Positions 29,848 through 44,271 of a stretch of 64,000 nt of DNA are shown piece after piece (within the stretch, counting starts at the first letter, position 1; each line of letters starts with the position of its first letter). The notes beneath the pieces are model-generated. The model searched no databases and had not been told where the DNA came from. It was given only the letters and a program-made list of their open reading frames with translations. This DNA is from Eledone cirrhosa (taxonomy: Eukaryota): the NCBI GenBank assembly GCA_964016885.1, contig OZ024742.1, positions 22,134,001-22,198,000 on the forward strand, written 5' to 3'. A program made the position numbers and the translations under genes.

Positions 29848-30719
29848 TATATATATATAAGAGAGAGGGAGAGAAAAGTTACTCATAAGACGTTTAATCA
29901 ACGTCGTACTATATACTTAAGAAAAGTAGAATATATATATATATATATATATAACCTGCTGTTTTATTACGTTTTGTACCACTATATATACATATACTAC
30001 ATATACATGGTAAATCTGTAACCCATACATAGGTCTTGGATACTTAGCAATGGTTACTAAATATATTCGATAAAAAGTTTGAAATGGGGACCACATTTAC
30101 TTTTTGTAAATCTCTTCAGTTAGAAAACTCTGACGAACAATGGTCAGTCTAATGATAAACACTGCACGTACTGTTCAAATTAATGTTGCGAGCATGTTGG
30201 CTTGCCTCTGTGTTCTGTTGACCCTTATCATGTGCGGCCGATTTTCGCACTTAGTGGTGAATTGATTGTTGTTTTGTTTAATCATATATATTTAAGTATT
30301 GTATATATTATTTGTGTCTATTTTCATTCTGTAAGGATTATAAATAAACTAATGTTATTTATAGAATTGGGAATAAAATATTTCTGAAAATAATCAAGAA
30401 TTTGGAGGTATTTAGTAATATAACTTTCTCATAACTAAACTGGTGTTTGGAAGATAACTTCAGAAAGTTTCTTACATAAAACTGACATATATAAAATTCA
30501 ATTAAAAACTACCTTACAAAAACAGAAGTTTAAAGTTGATAGAAGATTAAAGTTGATAGAATTTACTACAGTAATTAACAGGTATATTATCTGAAAGGTG
30601 TATAGTAATTTGTTACAGTAAATAAAAATTACTTTACCATAACATTACAAAGTGATAGTGGAGAATGAGGTTTATAGTTTGAATCCATACGAAGTATATT
30701 ACTGATATATTTCTTATCG

Positions 30720-30957
30720 AATGACCCTGGGGAGATGAAAGGTAAATGGGATTTCAATATCATTTGGACACTGAAGGTAAACTAAGGTATTTGCTGGCCT
30801 TGTGCCAATAGTAGAAACAATTATTATTATCTGTGTTCAAATCCCGCCGAGGTTCACTTTGCCTTTCATCCTTACGGGGTCGATAAAATAAAGTACCAGT
30901 AATGTACTGGGTAATTGCTGGCCTTGTGCCAAAAGTTAAAACAATTATTATTATTAT
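30720..30957 (+). mobile_element. Two tandem 5'-truncated SINE family 2 copies
   Basis: GTTCAAATCCCGCCGAGG..GGGGTCGATAAAATAAAGTACC..GGCCTTGTGCCAA with (ATT)n tails. Confidence 0.8.
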
Positions 30958-31461
30958 TGCAATGTAAAATAAAACAATAGAAACCATATTCGAAACTGCA
31001 TTGCTAACAGGTGTGTGTGTATATATATATATCATATCTATACACATACATATAAGTTTATATATATCTCTCTATATATATGTGTATGTACTTACCTAGA
31101 ATATCACGGAAAAGGTATCCCAAGACACAAACACACTGAGATTGTTGATAATAATAAAGATTAACAGTAATAAAAAGTAACAGGAAATTGTGTGTAGTTT
31201 TGAAAACAGGTGGTAATTCGAGATATCTCCGCCTTGTAAGTTGTTATTTAACGTAACACCAACAACACGCACTCAGTATGTAGGTACATGTATATATAAA
31301 CTGCCTGGTTGGCCCTACTATGAAACAAGTTCAATCAGGTACAGTATTTCAAATATGTTGTCAACGTGACTGAAAGTAAACATGTAGAGTTATGGTTCTT
31401 GGCTACAGTTTTTCTGTTTTTTCTTTCTTTTGCATTGTCCACCCTACCTGTAATGAAGTCT

Positions 31462-31765
31462 CGTTCGTGGCTTAGTGGTTAGAGAGTTCGGCTCATGATC
31501 GTAAGGTCGTGCATTCCACTCCCGGCGGTGCCTTAAGTTCTTTTGCAAGATATTTTATTTTACGTTGTTTCAGTTTATTTAGCTGACAAAGCGATGCGCT
31601 ATGTCCTTGAGAAAGACAATTTATTTCACATTGCTCCAGTTTATTCAACAGGCAAAAATGGTTTGTACCTGTAATTCAAAGGACTAGCCATGTCCCACAG
31701 TGTTTCGCTGAATCTCATTGAGAATTATGTTAAGGATATACGTGCTTGTGAAATGCTCAGTTACA
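31462..31765 (+). mobile_element. Older tRNA-derived SINE with a duplicated central domain
   Basis: GTGGCTTAGTGGTTAGAGAG head; two copies of the CTTGAG.AAGACA.TTTATTTCAC domain. Confidence 0.65.
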
Positions 31766-32830
31766 TTATCATCGTCCGTTGTTCCATGCTTGCATGGGTT
31801 GGACAGGCTGTTATAGGCCTAGAATGTTTCAATTTGTTGCAGTTCTTCATCTTCTACTTTGTGAGCTTCAGATATCTTAGATCACCTTTCACAACCTCTG
31901 CTCTGGTCTTCCTTGGTCTCCCTCTACTGCAGCTTCCTTCCACTGGGATTTCTTGGCACTTCTTCATCCAACAATCATCATCCATATGCATCACATGTCC
32001 ATACCAGCCACAATCATCCCTCCTGCACACTAAATCTGATTCCTCTTATACCCAACTTTTATCTTACCTCATCCATGCTTTTTCATTCACACACTTTAGC
32101 ATTGCACATCTATCGGAGCATGCTTGCTTTGTTCCTCTCCAGCCTTCACACCTCTTCTGCATTCATTGCCATACAACATCACACTTCACACAGAGCCACC
32201 ATACATCTGGTCATTTGTTCATAGAGAGAAACCATTGTATCAACCTAGGTAATAGCTCCCTGAACATTTTCCATCCCATTCTTATGCTCCCCGCACTGCA
32301 AATAGAATACTTAGGTAGCATCATCATTATCATCACTGTTTAATGTCCATTTTCCGTTCTTGCATGGATTAGACTAACAAAAGCTATCAACCACTTGTAT
32401 AGATCACTCCTGAGATTGGAAAATTTTACTTTCCTGATGATCTTTCTATGATCTAACCCTATTTATTATATACAAAATCTACCTTTTCTGGGATGTAAAT
32501 GTGACAGAAAAGCAGAGTATGGATGAACTAAGGGAGAAGCTGAGTTTAAGAGGAATTCGATATGGAGAGAAGGCTGCATTAGTAAGGACATGTGATGTGC
32601 ATGAATGGTGATCAATGAGGGAAGAAGTGCCAGAAAATGCCAGTGGATGGAACTTGCAGTAGAGGTAGATGAGAAAGACCTGGGAAGAGGTGGAGAGAGC
32701 TGACCCTCAAATTGCTGAGACTCTCAGAGGAGATGACAAAGAAACGCAGCGAGTGGAGAGATGCTGTGCTGAAAAGGAACCAACCGTCCAACCCATGCTA
32801 GCATGGAAAAACAGATGTAAAAACAATGAT
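31765..32830. mobile_element. Two degenerate, divergently oriented RTE fragments (31765-32300 minus; 32490-32830 plus)
   Basis: Minus: GWYGHVMHMDDDCWMKKC..RGRPRKT. Plus: LREKLSLRGI..RKTWEEV followed by the CCATGCTAGCATGG 3' hairpin. Confidence 0.8.
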
Positions 32831-33594
32831 TATAATAATGATAACAGATATTGTACTGAATAAATATAAAACTTTGTGACTTTTGTTTTTGGCTCTCACA
32901 GACTGTTTTATTTTTATTTTGTATTCTTTCTCCAAATGTTTCTTTTTTTCTATTTATTTCCTCGGTCTGGAGAGAGGAGCATTATCAATGAATGCAGCAG
33001 GCCTTTCATTGGGTGGTTGCTCATGTTGTTTGTAAATACCAGAAACGATATTAATAGAATAAAGAAACTACATGCACAGGTGCAAGTAAGCTAGTAAAAT
33101 AGCTGCTGAAAAACAATATAAACAAACTCTGTATCTCCTGTGTTTTGTATCGAATGTAACTAAAATATATTTCTCCTTTTATAGATACACATTTCTAAGA
33201 AGCTAAGAAACACAACATTTTAGAGACGACAATCCTGTTACTCTGGCCTGGCAATTGTACTACTCTTGGGTCTCCCTCACTACACTTATTAATTTTTCAG
33301 ATTTATCCAAACCCCACATCTATATATGTATGTGTATGTATGTATGTATATGCATTTACATGCATGCACACATACACACACACACACACATATATATTCA
33401 AAATAGGGAGCACATAGGAAAAAGATAATGGGAAAAAAACAAAGGAAAGATGGACAGTCCCGTCTCCTCATTCAACCTCTGGAAATCATTACTGTTTCAG
33501 TTCATTAAGTACATATTGTTCACTCCAGTACACATTGGGACATAACAAAACAGCTAGAGACAAGTTATGCCTTTAGGCAAAATACACAAATATA

Positions 33595-34488
33595 GTTCAG
33601 AGAGCTTATACCGCTGTTGGCCACAAAAGGTTTCTCTCTAAAAATAAAAGGCAGATTGTATGATGCTTGTATACGAACAGCAATGTTACATGGTAGTGAT
33701 ACATGGGCATTGCGTGCAGAGGACCTGCGTAGACTGGAGAGGAACGAAGCATGCATGCGCCATTGGATGTGTAATAGTAATATACGCGAACGGCAAAACA
33801 TAAATGAACTAAGTGAGAAATTAGGAATAAGAGGGATCAGATGCTATTTACTTGAGAGAAGACTACGTTGGTATGGCCACGTGATGCGCATGAAAGACGA
33901 CAGCTGTATAAAAAAAAGTGCAGGGCGATCAAAATTGATGGTAGTTACGGAGTAGGTAGACCCAGAAAAACCTGGGATGATCTGATAAATTCCGACCTTA
34001 CACACTTACACCTCTCTAAGACAATGTCACTGGACCGAGATCTTTGGTGCTACGCAGTAATACAGAAGACCCGCCTTGCCTATGTACAAAGCGAAACCTA
34101 CAGTCAGTAGGCACCTCTTAACCAAATATACACCCCAATCCACTACCCCTACCCTATCCTCCCACTCCCACCAACACCACCCTCTCTCTTTAAAGTTGGT
34201 ACCACAACATCCAGTCCAAATAAATGAGATTGAGATCGAGAAGGTGTCACGACAATAAAACACAGTCCACGCTGTAATGTGGTCGTGTAGGTAACACGGT
34301 AAAAAGTTCCCAGTTCCACACTGTAAATGTGGTTGGTGTTAGGAAGGGCATCCAGCCGTAGTAAACCTGCCAGATAGTCTTATATGAACGAGACACGGTC
34401 ACCCGACCAACCTTGCCCCAAGTGGGACAACTCCCGTCTAACCCATACTAGCGTGGAAAATGGACGTTAAACGAAGATGATGATGATG
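33595..34488 (+). mobile_element. RTE LINE, 5'-truncated
   Basis: [26 protein letters not shown]; frameshift in the A-run near 33910; GRPRKTW; 3' UTR and (GAT)n tail. Confidence 0.93.
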
Positions 34489-34797
34489 ATAGAGTTTATA
34501 TATAATGTTTATATATATATATGTTTCCTTGAACTATATATATATATATAGTTCAAGGAAGCAACAAACAGAGGTACAAAAGTCTTATTAGTTTCAAGCT
34601 TCATATGGAAAACGAGAAAGACAGTTTGACGTGTCGGGCTTTAGCCCTTTATCAGGAGTACAAAAATAGGGACAGGATCACAAAGGATACATACAGAATA
34701 TAAAGGTAGTCCAAGTAAAAATAAAATCAAAGTTGAGTATGTGTGTATTAGTGTTGATATTATGTGTGAGTATAAATATATATATGTGTGAGTATAA

Positions 34798-34804
<7 letters not shown>

Positions 34805-34892
<88 letters not shown>
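34805..34892. repeat. (TG)n microsatellite
   Basis: Directly visible. Confidence 0.97.
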
Positions 34893-34894
<2 letters not shown>

Positions 34895-35367
34895 AAAGAG
34901 GGTGGGGAAAGATATGTATAGTCAATAACTCACCACAATAAAGGATGCTGGAGTCTCCTTCTAATAATGTTCCCTCTGTTAAGACAATACATAATTCAGC
35001 AATTACTGTACATAATTGTGCAATAAAATGAAACCAGGCTGGTACTAGATTTATCTATATTTGTAAATTCCGAATGTTATATTAGTATAAGAAAATTATT
35101 GTAAAGGATAATGATGAATGTAAAATTAAATTATGTTTAAAATTAAATTATATTTGATAATAATGTCTATGATAGAAAATGATTGCAATTGATTTAAGTG
35201 AATGTAAAATGAAATTTAGTTAGATATTAATGTCTAATGTATTCCATGAACATGTTCTGTTGATAAGAACGACGCCAGAGAAATATCTGTAGTTATGTAG
35301 GAAAGAGATATAATAACATTTAGTACACAGCAAAAAATATGAATGTATATTGTACATAGAGCAAGAC

Positions 35368-35415
<48 letters not shown>

Positions 35416-35885
35416 CATTATATTAAAGCTAAATAGTGAGTCTTGTTACTCTGGAGTTTTGCCTGTTTATCACAGGGTCATCAGCCGTCAACTACATACG
35501 GATATATAACCTTGGCTAGCAGGGAAAGTGGACAGTGAAACAACAATGAGGATGATGATGTATATATATATATATATATGTGTGTATATATAGATATATA
35601 CACATATATATGTGTGTGTCTATATTATAAAAAGGAAGAGTGATGGTTTTATGTGTATATCCTGTTATGCACATTTCTAAGACATCAAAGTGGTTGTATA
35701 ACATTCATTTGATATGTTGTCATCAGACATTAAGGTGTAATATTGTTATGTTTTTCTCATTGTATTTGATATGCTCTCCATAGTGTGAAACACGATGATA
35801 GCAGTCTGGCTTAAAGTGGTCATATTATGTACAAAATGATGTTTGTATGTATGTATGTATGTATGTATGTATGTATGTATGTATG

Positions 35886-35941
<56 letters not shown>

Positions 35942-37549
35942 ACTTCATTTGAACCCGGTAGCGACTGAGAACAAAAACTTGTTGACAAAGTGACTACCTT
36001 GTTCGATCTTTATATCAAAAGCTTACAACGAAAGCAGACAGTATACTTGATTTGGGAGTCACAGAAACCTCCCATTGGATTTTACCAACACTTTCCGGGA
36101 AGGTCCAGGTAATTTTTTGTTAACCTGTTTAGCTTGTTCGTGTTTCTCGGCTGCCGTGACTGGTGATTTCGCAATCACTATTTTCATTTTTGTCTGGTCT
36201 TTATAACGCATGTTAATTGCTCTAGCTTCCCACTAGTCTATTGAGCGCTTGCCAGCATATCTCAAAGATTGCGTTTCGTTTTGTTTTGGCCGCCGCCGAA
36301 ATTCGATCTCGCTGAAATTATATTTGTATTATATATTATATATAGGTTTGATTATAATAACAGGAGGCCAGGACTGGTGATGTTCCTTTAAAGTTTTATT
36401 ATTCCAAAAACACTATATTTCAATGGCCTGGTTACTGGTGACGTCATCAAGTGTGGATTACATAATTAGTTTATCAATAAAGGAATTACGGCAAACCCAG
36501 AGAAAATATAGAAAATATTTGATTCGGAGATGACCCGCAACATAGGTATTATTATTGCCACAGACCATCCCCGAGAACAGTATTACTTAACAATTTGATG
36601 TCTGTTGCTTGATCTGAGCTGATGATCATGTATTTTGTTTTCTCTTATTCTTAAGATTTCTAGTACAAAATGTTAAGAATAAGAGAAAATGTAGAGAAAA
36701 TATCATGTGATACTACACATGTTTATGTATGTGGGTTTATGTAATGTAGTAAGGTCAATTTTGATAAGTTTCTTTTACTTTTTTTAGAAGCATAAAATAA
36801 AATTCCTGCATGGCGATTGCTGAATTTCTGTGATACTTAAAAATGCCTTAAAATGAAAGAATATCTGGATTTCTTTAGTTTTTAGTCTCATTTTAGTACC
36901 AGAAAATTGGTTATCTCCAGTATTTGCCATACATAATCAGGCAATATAATGAATCTAAACAGCACCTGATGTAAATTTGGAAATTGTGAATAATTTATTA
37001 GTGAAAGAAAATAATTTTAAATAAAGTTAATGAATGTAAAATTATATTTTCTCTTAATTCAGTTCTAACTCTATTGTTTATTTTTCCTAGTTGTAATATT
37101 TGATGTATTTATCTATTTGTTAGTTGAAGAAACCAATCATCTTTCTCTCTATTTTCTGCTGCAATGAAAAAATAATAATAACAATGAAAATTATTGTGTA
37201 TCGTGCTCAGGTGCGCTAGAACTCATTAAAGGTACATGTATAGTACATAGAATAATGTACAAATGTCATAAAAGGGAACAGTGTATGAATCACGATATTC
37301 ACACAGATACATGCATACATGTGTATGGAGGGGAATATCAGGTATAGTGTTGGTGAATTTTGAGAAGTATGGAAGTTTTGAAGGATGCAGTGTCCCGAGA
37401 GCTACAACTGTAGTACAGAACGTTAAATGTTAAATAATGTGTTTCCATGCGGTACAGGATGTTAAGAATTAAATATTGAAACAAAAGGTTCAACAAAATC
37501 ACCAACAATATTTCCAGGTATGAAATCTTTAAAAAGGAAAACAATTCTC

Positions 37550-38000
37550 TAACGGCAACCTGATGTGTTCACCTACCAACCCAGGCTCTGCAGCCTGCCA
37601 GGCCAAAGAGGGAAACCTGTCCAAGTATTGACCACTCTCTGATAGGTATGTGGTAAAGCCTATAGCAGTGGAGACCTCTGGTGTTCTTGGCCTGTCGACC
37701 ACATCCCTGCTCATGTGATAGGTTTGTGGTAGAGTCTGTAACAGTGGATACTTCTGGTGTTCTTGGTCCCTAGACCACATCCCTGCTCATGTGATAGGTT
37801 TGTGGTAGACTCTGTAACAGTGGAGACTTCTGGTGTTCTTGGTCCCTGGACCACATCCCTACTCACTGCTATTGGAGCAAAAGTTGGCTGCCAGCAAGTG
37901 TGTGCCCTACGAGGTGGAGTGGTTGTTCCAGTGTGTTTCCCTCACCATCCTCCTGGGCAATATATTCTCCAATCTGTCAGCTGGGACCAAGTGGCAGAGG
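37550..38000 (+). mobile_element. CRE-like LINE 3' remnant (restriction-like endonuclease end) with a 3x ~76-bp internal tandem repeat
   Basis: Across frames: LSKY*..YVVKPIAVETSGVLG..LLTAIGAK..EVEWLFQCVSLTILLGN, matching KxxKY..PxAxETxGxxG..LFQRxSxAIxRGN. Confidence 0.65.
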
Positions 38001-39026
38001 GTAAGTTAGTTGGAGATGGAAGATACTCGTTCAGACATCACACATATACAAAATAGATAAAAAGATTTTCTAAAGTAAAGTCAATAGTTAGCAGAAACAA
38101 ATACATTATTCCATAATATATTAAGTGTTTGCTTCATTATATTTAGAAAAAATTAATTTTCAGTGCATTTTAAAATTCGCTGCTCCATTCGAAGGAGAAT
38201 CTTCAATCAAAATAGACAAGTAATAAATAAATAATAAGGATATTTCACAGTAAACACTGGTTATTTATATATATATATATATATAAAGTAAGTCCATAGA
38301 ATCATTAGATAAAATATATACAGTATTTTTTCTCCCAATCAGCATAAATCAACCACACAAGAAATCATTTAAACAAGGCTATAAGTTTAAAATATACTTA
38401 TGAAGAAACAATAGATAAATGATATAGCTTCTTTTCCGTGACTCTTAGCTACCAAAAAATTACCTAGTATTTCTAATAGCCTGTAGAAATTGACTAGACA
38501 TATAGTTAACCATACATAATTACGTTCAAAATCACAGTTAGAAGAAAAAATGTACATAAACCTTACCAAAATCATCAAAATATATCTACCCCCGGCGGTT
38601 TCATTTCATTTTTGGATATATCCGATCTTGGATAAATCAACGAGGTTTGGAAATCATCAGGAGATAACTCAATTGGACAAAGATTTTTCTTACATGATCC
38701 CCGCCAGAAACGAATTCAAAATGGCTAAGAATCATCACGTGGCTAGTGGTCAAGGCAGAAAGTTTGTGATTGGTGCCTGTCGGCGAGTAGGCTGGTTGCT
38801 AGAAATCGCAGCCGAATACTGCCTAAATTTTTTACTCAACCTTACGGGAGTATATCAAATTTAAAGGGTATATACATATAAACTAGACGAAGTCATAGAT
38901 ATATATATATATATGTTTTTGGCATCCATTCACGGTGTGGCTCAATTAAGAATTAATTAAATAATTAATAATCAGAGCAATATATAAAAAGTAAGTCCAT
39001 AGAATCATTAGATAAAATATATACAG

Positions 39027-39136
<110 letters not shown>

Positions 39137-39191
39137 AGCATCGAGTGCTCAAACGGCATACCGCTTATAGACACTTTAAGCATCCCACACC

Positions 39192-39231
<40 letters not shown>

Positions 39232-39575
39232 GGAGGCACATGGCTTAGTGGTTAGAGCATTGGCCTTGCAATCGAAAGGTTGTGAGTTCAATTCTCAGAC
39301 CGGGTGATGTGTTGTTTCCTTGAGCAAGGCACTTTATTTCACATTGCTCCAGTTTACTCAGCTGTAGAAATGAGATGATAGGGACTGGTGTCCCTATCAT
39401 TCCACTGTAAAGTGGTCGTGGAGGTGCCACGGCAAAAAAGCACCCAGCACTCACTGTAAATGAGGTTGGTGTTAGGAAGGGCATCCAGCTGTAGAAATCA
39501 AGCCAGCATCAGTTCCCATCCCACCCTTGCAAGCAGGGAAAAAGCGGATGTAAAATGAAATGATGATGATGATGA
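39232..39575 (+). mobile_element. SINE family 1, full length
   Basis: GGAGGCACATGGCTTAGTGGTTAGAGC head through the RTE-type tail and (GAT)n. Confidence 0.93.
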
Positions 39576-40072
39576 TATATAGAGAGAGAGAGAGAGAGAG
39601 AGAAAGAGATGAGGCATAACCTTTTCCTCAAAACCTTCATGAAACAAACAACATATTCCACGTGTGTTACGGAAAATGATATTGGATAAACATACAATAT
39701 AATATGAGGTGGAAGAAAAATATTGATGTATCATTTATATTTTCATCCATTGCTAAGGTAAAATATATGTACAACCCTAGATTTATAACACAAAATTATA
39801 TTTTAATAGTGGCAAAAGAAAGTTTTTCCAGTGAATTTTGGTCTATGTCTGAAATTCTACTAATGTTAAGAAAAAAAAAATGAAAGGAATTATGTTTTTG
39901 AAGAGTCAATGTTAGATGAGTTTTAAAGTGAATCAAAGAGAGAGGTGAAAAATTAGAGAAAAAATTGTGTGGGAGAATAAAGAAAGGGAAGATTGGGATG
40001 AAATAAGGCAAATCTAATAATATATTTCTTTATTGTACTGTATCATTTGCTTTGTTATTTCTGTTTGCCTTT

Positions 40073-40129
<57 letters not shown>

Positions 40130-40193
40130 TATTAAAAAAATTATTAAAAAAATAATGAATAAACAAAGAAACAATTCCTTATATTAAAAAAAT

Positions 40194-40335
40194 TCATCAT
40201 TTTACGATCGTTTCTAGGATATATATGTGTTAGAGTTGGTATGCATATTCTATAGATCTATGTACAATATTTATACAAACTATCAGAGGGAATATACATA
40301 CCTACACATATATATGCTGTCTTCAGAAATAATGA
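40194..40335 (-). ncRNA. Type I hammerhead ribozyme with ~105-nt extended stem II
   Basis: Minus strand: TCATTATTT-CTGAAGA-cagc ATATATATGTGT..GGTATGTATATTC..GAATATGCATACC..ACACATATATAT ccta-GAAAC GATC GTA^AAATGATGA; 9-bp stem I; palindromic stem III. Confidence 0.78.
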
Positions 40336-40990
40336 TATTTGTTTATTGATAAGAACAAAGATTCAATACAATAGGTCTGTTTGGGAACAGGTTTTGAATT
40401 AACCAATCAGGAGATATTGAGGGTCAAGATAGTATTATAGTAGTAAGAGAACCTTAAATTATGGGTAGAGGAAGGTAGATTTCAGTTTTGGATGGAAAAG
40501 AGTATTATGAATGAAGGATTATTTTAGGGAAGAAATAGGTCATATGCTGACCTCAGAAATAATTTTATTTGTTCATTGAATAAAACCAACAAAAATCTAA
40601 TATATTCTGTCTGTTTGGTAAGAGGTTTAGAATTAACCAATAGAAAGTTAATAATTGGCCAAATGGTAAAATAGTAGTAATTGAAGCTTATTTTAGGGGT
40701 GAAACTAGGTCAGGTGGTCAGTAAAAGGTATACAAGCAGTTGCTGTTATAAAATAGTAATGCCAATACAAATATCTAAGGTGACCAAAGTTTTAAGATAA
40801 GAATGTTAGTGAAAAAATACATCTATGAAAAGAATATAAAATTAATTTAATTGATGGGTATATTTATATTGATAAAATTATACTAATACATATAGATATG
40901 ATAAATAAGAGTTAGATGCAGTTGAAAAGTGCTGTTAAAGATGAGGGGGGGGGGGTTTAAAATAATATAAAAATAATATAAAAATATAAA

Positions 40991-41021
<31 letters not shown>

Positions 41022-41644
41022 CCCACATATATATATACACATACATATACACATACACACATATATATATATACATATATATATATATACACACATATAT
41101 AGACCCATATACACATATATATACATACATGTACATATATATACACACACACACATACACACATATATATATATACATATACATACACACATATACACAC
41201 ATATATATATATATATACACACACACATACATACACACATACATACATACACACATATATACACACACATACACACTTATATATGCATATAATTATTGGG
41301 GGGGGGGGATTAAATTTATTAGTGGGAAATAGTAAATATATATAGATTTCAAGTAACATAGAGTCATAACCTGAAGTTAAAGCATTATATATGTTTACTT
41401 AATGGTATCAGTTTTAGGAAATGATATTTGTAAGAAGGAAAGCCAAATTATGTAGTTCATCAGTAGTAGAATATTAATTATAGGTTAACTAAATTAAAAA
41501 TAATTTATATATTAATTTCTAAAGTGTATATTAATTAGGTTTATAATATTTAAAGCAGAATTATGTAATTCATCAGTAGTAGAATATTAATTATAGGTTA
41601 ACTAAATTAAAAATAATTTATATATTAATTTCTAAAGTGTATAT

Positions 41645-42067
41645 TAATTAGGTTTATAATATTTAAATGTTTTTCTCAGTTTATGATTACACGATATTAT
41701 TAATTCCTGTCGCTTATTTAATAGGATATCCTTAGATTTCATTATTTCGAAAAGTTCTTGGGAACATAATCTACATTCATTTCTACTATTTTGATAAGGG
41801 GTGGCCCTTTTGAGCACACTCCAGGTCAGGTCATATTCTATATTCCTCTTTCTATAACTATTAATTATTTCAGCTAGAGATGTTGTATTAGCTAGTGCGG
41901 CATTTTTAAAAACTATGTTTGTGGGTATTAAATCTTACCTTAAAATTGTTAGAGGTAGCTCCTATATATGAATAAATAGAGTCCTTAGTGTTAAATTTAC
42001 ATTTATATATTATGTTATTAACAAGGCAATTTCCTTTTAATGGACAGTTTGCCTTGTTTCTACAGTT
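41645..42067 (-). pseudogene. PLE GIY-YIG endonuclease C-terminus (left copy, 1-bp frameshift near 41910)
   Basis: NCRNKANCPLKGNCLVNNIIYKCKFNTKDSIYSYIGATSNNFKVRFNTHKHSF: Cys cluster, IIY..YIG and the conserved Arg. Confidence 0.88.
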
Positions 42068-42414
42068 ACACTAAGGACTCTATTTATTCATATATAGGAG
42101 CTACCTCTAACAATTTTAAGGTAAGATTTAATACCCACAAACATAGTTTTAAAAATGCCGCACTAGCTAATACAACATCTCTAGCTGAAATAATTAATAG
42201 TTATAGAAAGAGGAATATAGAATATGACCTGACCTGGAGTGTGCTCAAAAGGGCCACCCCTTATCAAAATAGTAGAAATGAATGTAGATTATGTTCCCAA
42301 GAACTTTTCGAAATAATGAAATCTAAGGATATCCTATTAAATAAGCGACAGGAATTAATAATATTGTGTAATCATAAACTGAGAAAAACCTTTAAATATT
42401 ATAAACCTAATTAA
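42068..42414 (+). pseudogene. PLE GIY-YIG endonuclease C-terminus (right copy, open to the stop)
   Basis: YSYIGATSNNFKVRFNTHKHSF..TSLA..WSVL..CRLCSQE..LLNKRQELIILCNH. Confidence 0.9.
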
Positions 42415-42948
42415 TATACACTTTAGAAATTAATATATAAATTATTTTTAATTTAGTTAACCTATAATTAATATTCTACTACTGATGAACTACATAATTT
42501 GGCTTTCCTTCTCACAAATATCATTTCCTAAAACTGATACCATTAAGTAAACATATATAATTATTTTTAATTTAGTTAACCTATAATTAATATTCTACTA
42601 CTGATGAACTACATAATTCTGCTTTAAATATTAAAAACCTAATTAATATACACTTTAGAATTTAATATATAAACTATTTTTAATTTAGTTAACCTATAAT
42701 TAATATTCTACTACTGATGAACTACATAATTTGGCTTTCCTTCTTACAAATATCATTTCCTAAAACTGATACCATTAAGTAAACATATATAATGCTTTAA
42801 CTTCAGGTTATGACTCTATGTTCCTTGAAATCTATATATATTTACTATTTCCCACTAATAAATTTAATCCCCCCCCCCCCAATAATTATATGCATATATA
42901 AGTGTGTATGTGTGTGTATATATGTGTATGTATGTATGTGTGTATGTA

Positions 42949-43015
<67 letters not shown>

Positions 43016-43120
43016 ATATGTGTGTATGTATATGTATATATATATATGTGTGTATGTGTGTGTGTGTATATATATGTACATATATGTATATATATGTGTA
43101 TATGGGTCTATATATGTGTG

Positions 43121-43153
<33 letters not shown>

Positions 43154-43880
43154 GTGTGTATGTGTATATGTATGTGTATATATATATGTGGGTATATATA
43201 TATATATTATTTTTATATTTTTATATTATTTTTATATTCTTTTAATCCCCCTCATCTTTAACAGCACTTTTCAACTGCATCTAACTCTTATTTATCATAT
43301 CTATATGTATTAGTATAATTTTATCAATATAAATATACCCATCAATTAAATTAATTTTATATTCTTTTCATAGATGTATTTTTTCACTAACATTCTTATC
43401 TTAAAACTTTGGTCACCTTAGATATTTGTATTGGCATTACTATTTTATAACAGCAACTGCTTGTATACCTTCTACTGACCACCTGACCTAGTTTCACCCC
43501 TAAAATAAGCTTCAATTACTACTATTTTACCATTTGGCCAATTATTAACTTTCTATTGGTTAATTCTAAACCTCTTACCAAACAGACAGAATATATTAGA
43601 TCGTTGTTGGTTTTATTCAATGAATAAATAAAATTATTTCTGAGGTCAGCATATGACCTATTTCTTCCCTAAAATAATCCTTCATTCATAATACTCTTTT
43701 CCATCCAAAACTGAAATCTACCTTCCTCTACCCATAATTTAAGGTTCTCTTACTACTATAATACTATCTTGACCCTCAATATCTCCTGATTGGTCAATTC
43801 AAAACCTGTTCCCAAACAGACCTATTGTATTGAATCTTTGTTCTTATCAATAAACAAATATCATTATTTCTGAAGACAGC

Positions 43881-43942
43881 GATAAAATAAAGTACCAGTA
43901 ATGCACTGAGTAATTGCTGGCCTTGTGCCTAAAGTAGAAACA
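43881..43942 (+). mobile_element. 5'-truncated SINE family 2 copy inserted into the hammerhead
   Basis: Perfect 18-bp TSD attatttctgaagacagc (43863-43880 / 43943-43960); absent from the sister arm. Confidence 0.92.
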
Positions 43943-44082
43943 ATTATTTCTGAAGACAGCATATATATGTGTAGGTATGTATATTCCCTCTGATAGTTTG
44001 TATAAATATTGTACATAGATCTATAGAATATGCATACCAACTCTAACACATATATATTCCAGAAACGATCGCAAAATGATGA
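43943..44082 (+). ncRNA. Hammerhead ribozyme of the right PLE arm, probably inactivated
   Basis: Sister of 40194-40335; the cleavage triplet is GCA rather than GTA. Confidence 0.62.
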
Positions 44083-44271
44083 ATTTTTTTAATATAAGGA
44101 ATTGTTTCTTTGTTTATTCATTATTTTTTTAATAATTTATCTTGACTCTGTTTTCCGTTTATTTTTCACCGAAAGTAGTTTTTGAATGCATCTTCTCTTT
44201 TCATGATATCCGGATTACATTGAGTTCTTCATACGGATTGGACACTACCGTAAACTTTTGGTAGATTTATC

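Noticed and set aside
29490-31270. Possible minus-strand host exons (GTAAGT donor-like sites near 29495 and 31090)
   Set aside because: No recognisable coding frame or matching acceptor; such hexamers are expected by chance. RNA-seq would be needed.
34625-34662. Minus-strand hammerhead (CTGATAA AGGGC taaa GCCC GACAC GTC)
   Set aside because: Two core substitutions and no stem I; at best a dead relic.
35940-36315. CpG-richer unique island with a 50-codon minus-strand ORF
   Set aside because: No recognisable motif or homologue in the window, so no call can be supported.
36405-36455. Minus-strand hammerhead-like (ACAC TTGATGA..GAAATATA GTGT)
   Set aside because: Stem I fits but there is no credible stem II, and U3 faces G8.
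39232-39305. Functional tRNA gene (also 14560-14633, 62775-62849, 370-465)
   Set aside because: A and B boxes are present but the acceptor stem does not pair, and each runs into a SINE body.
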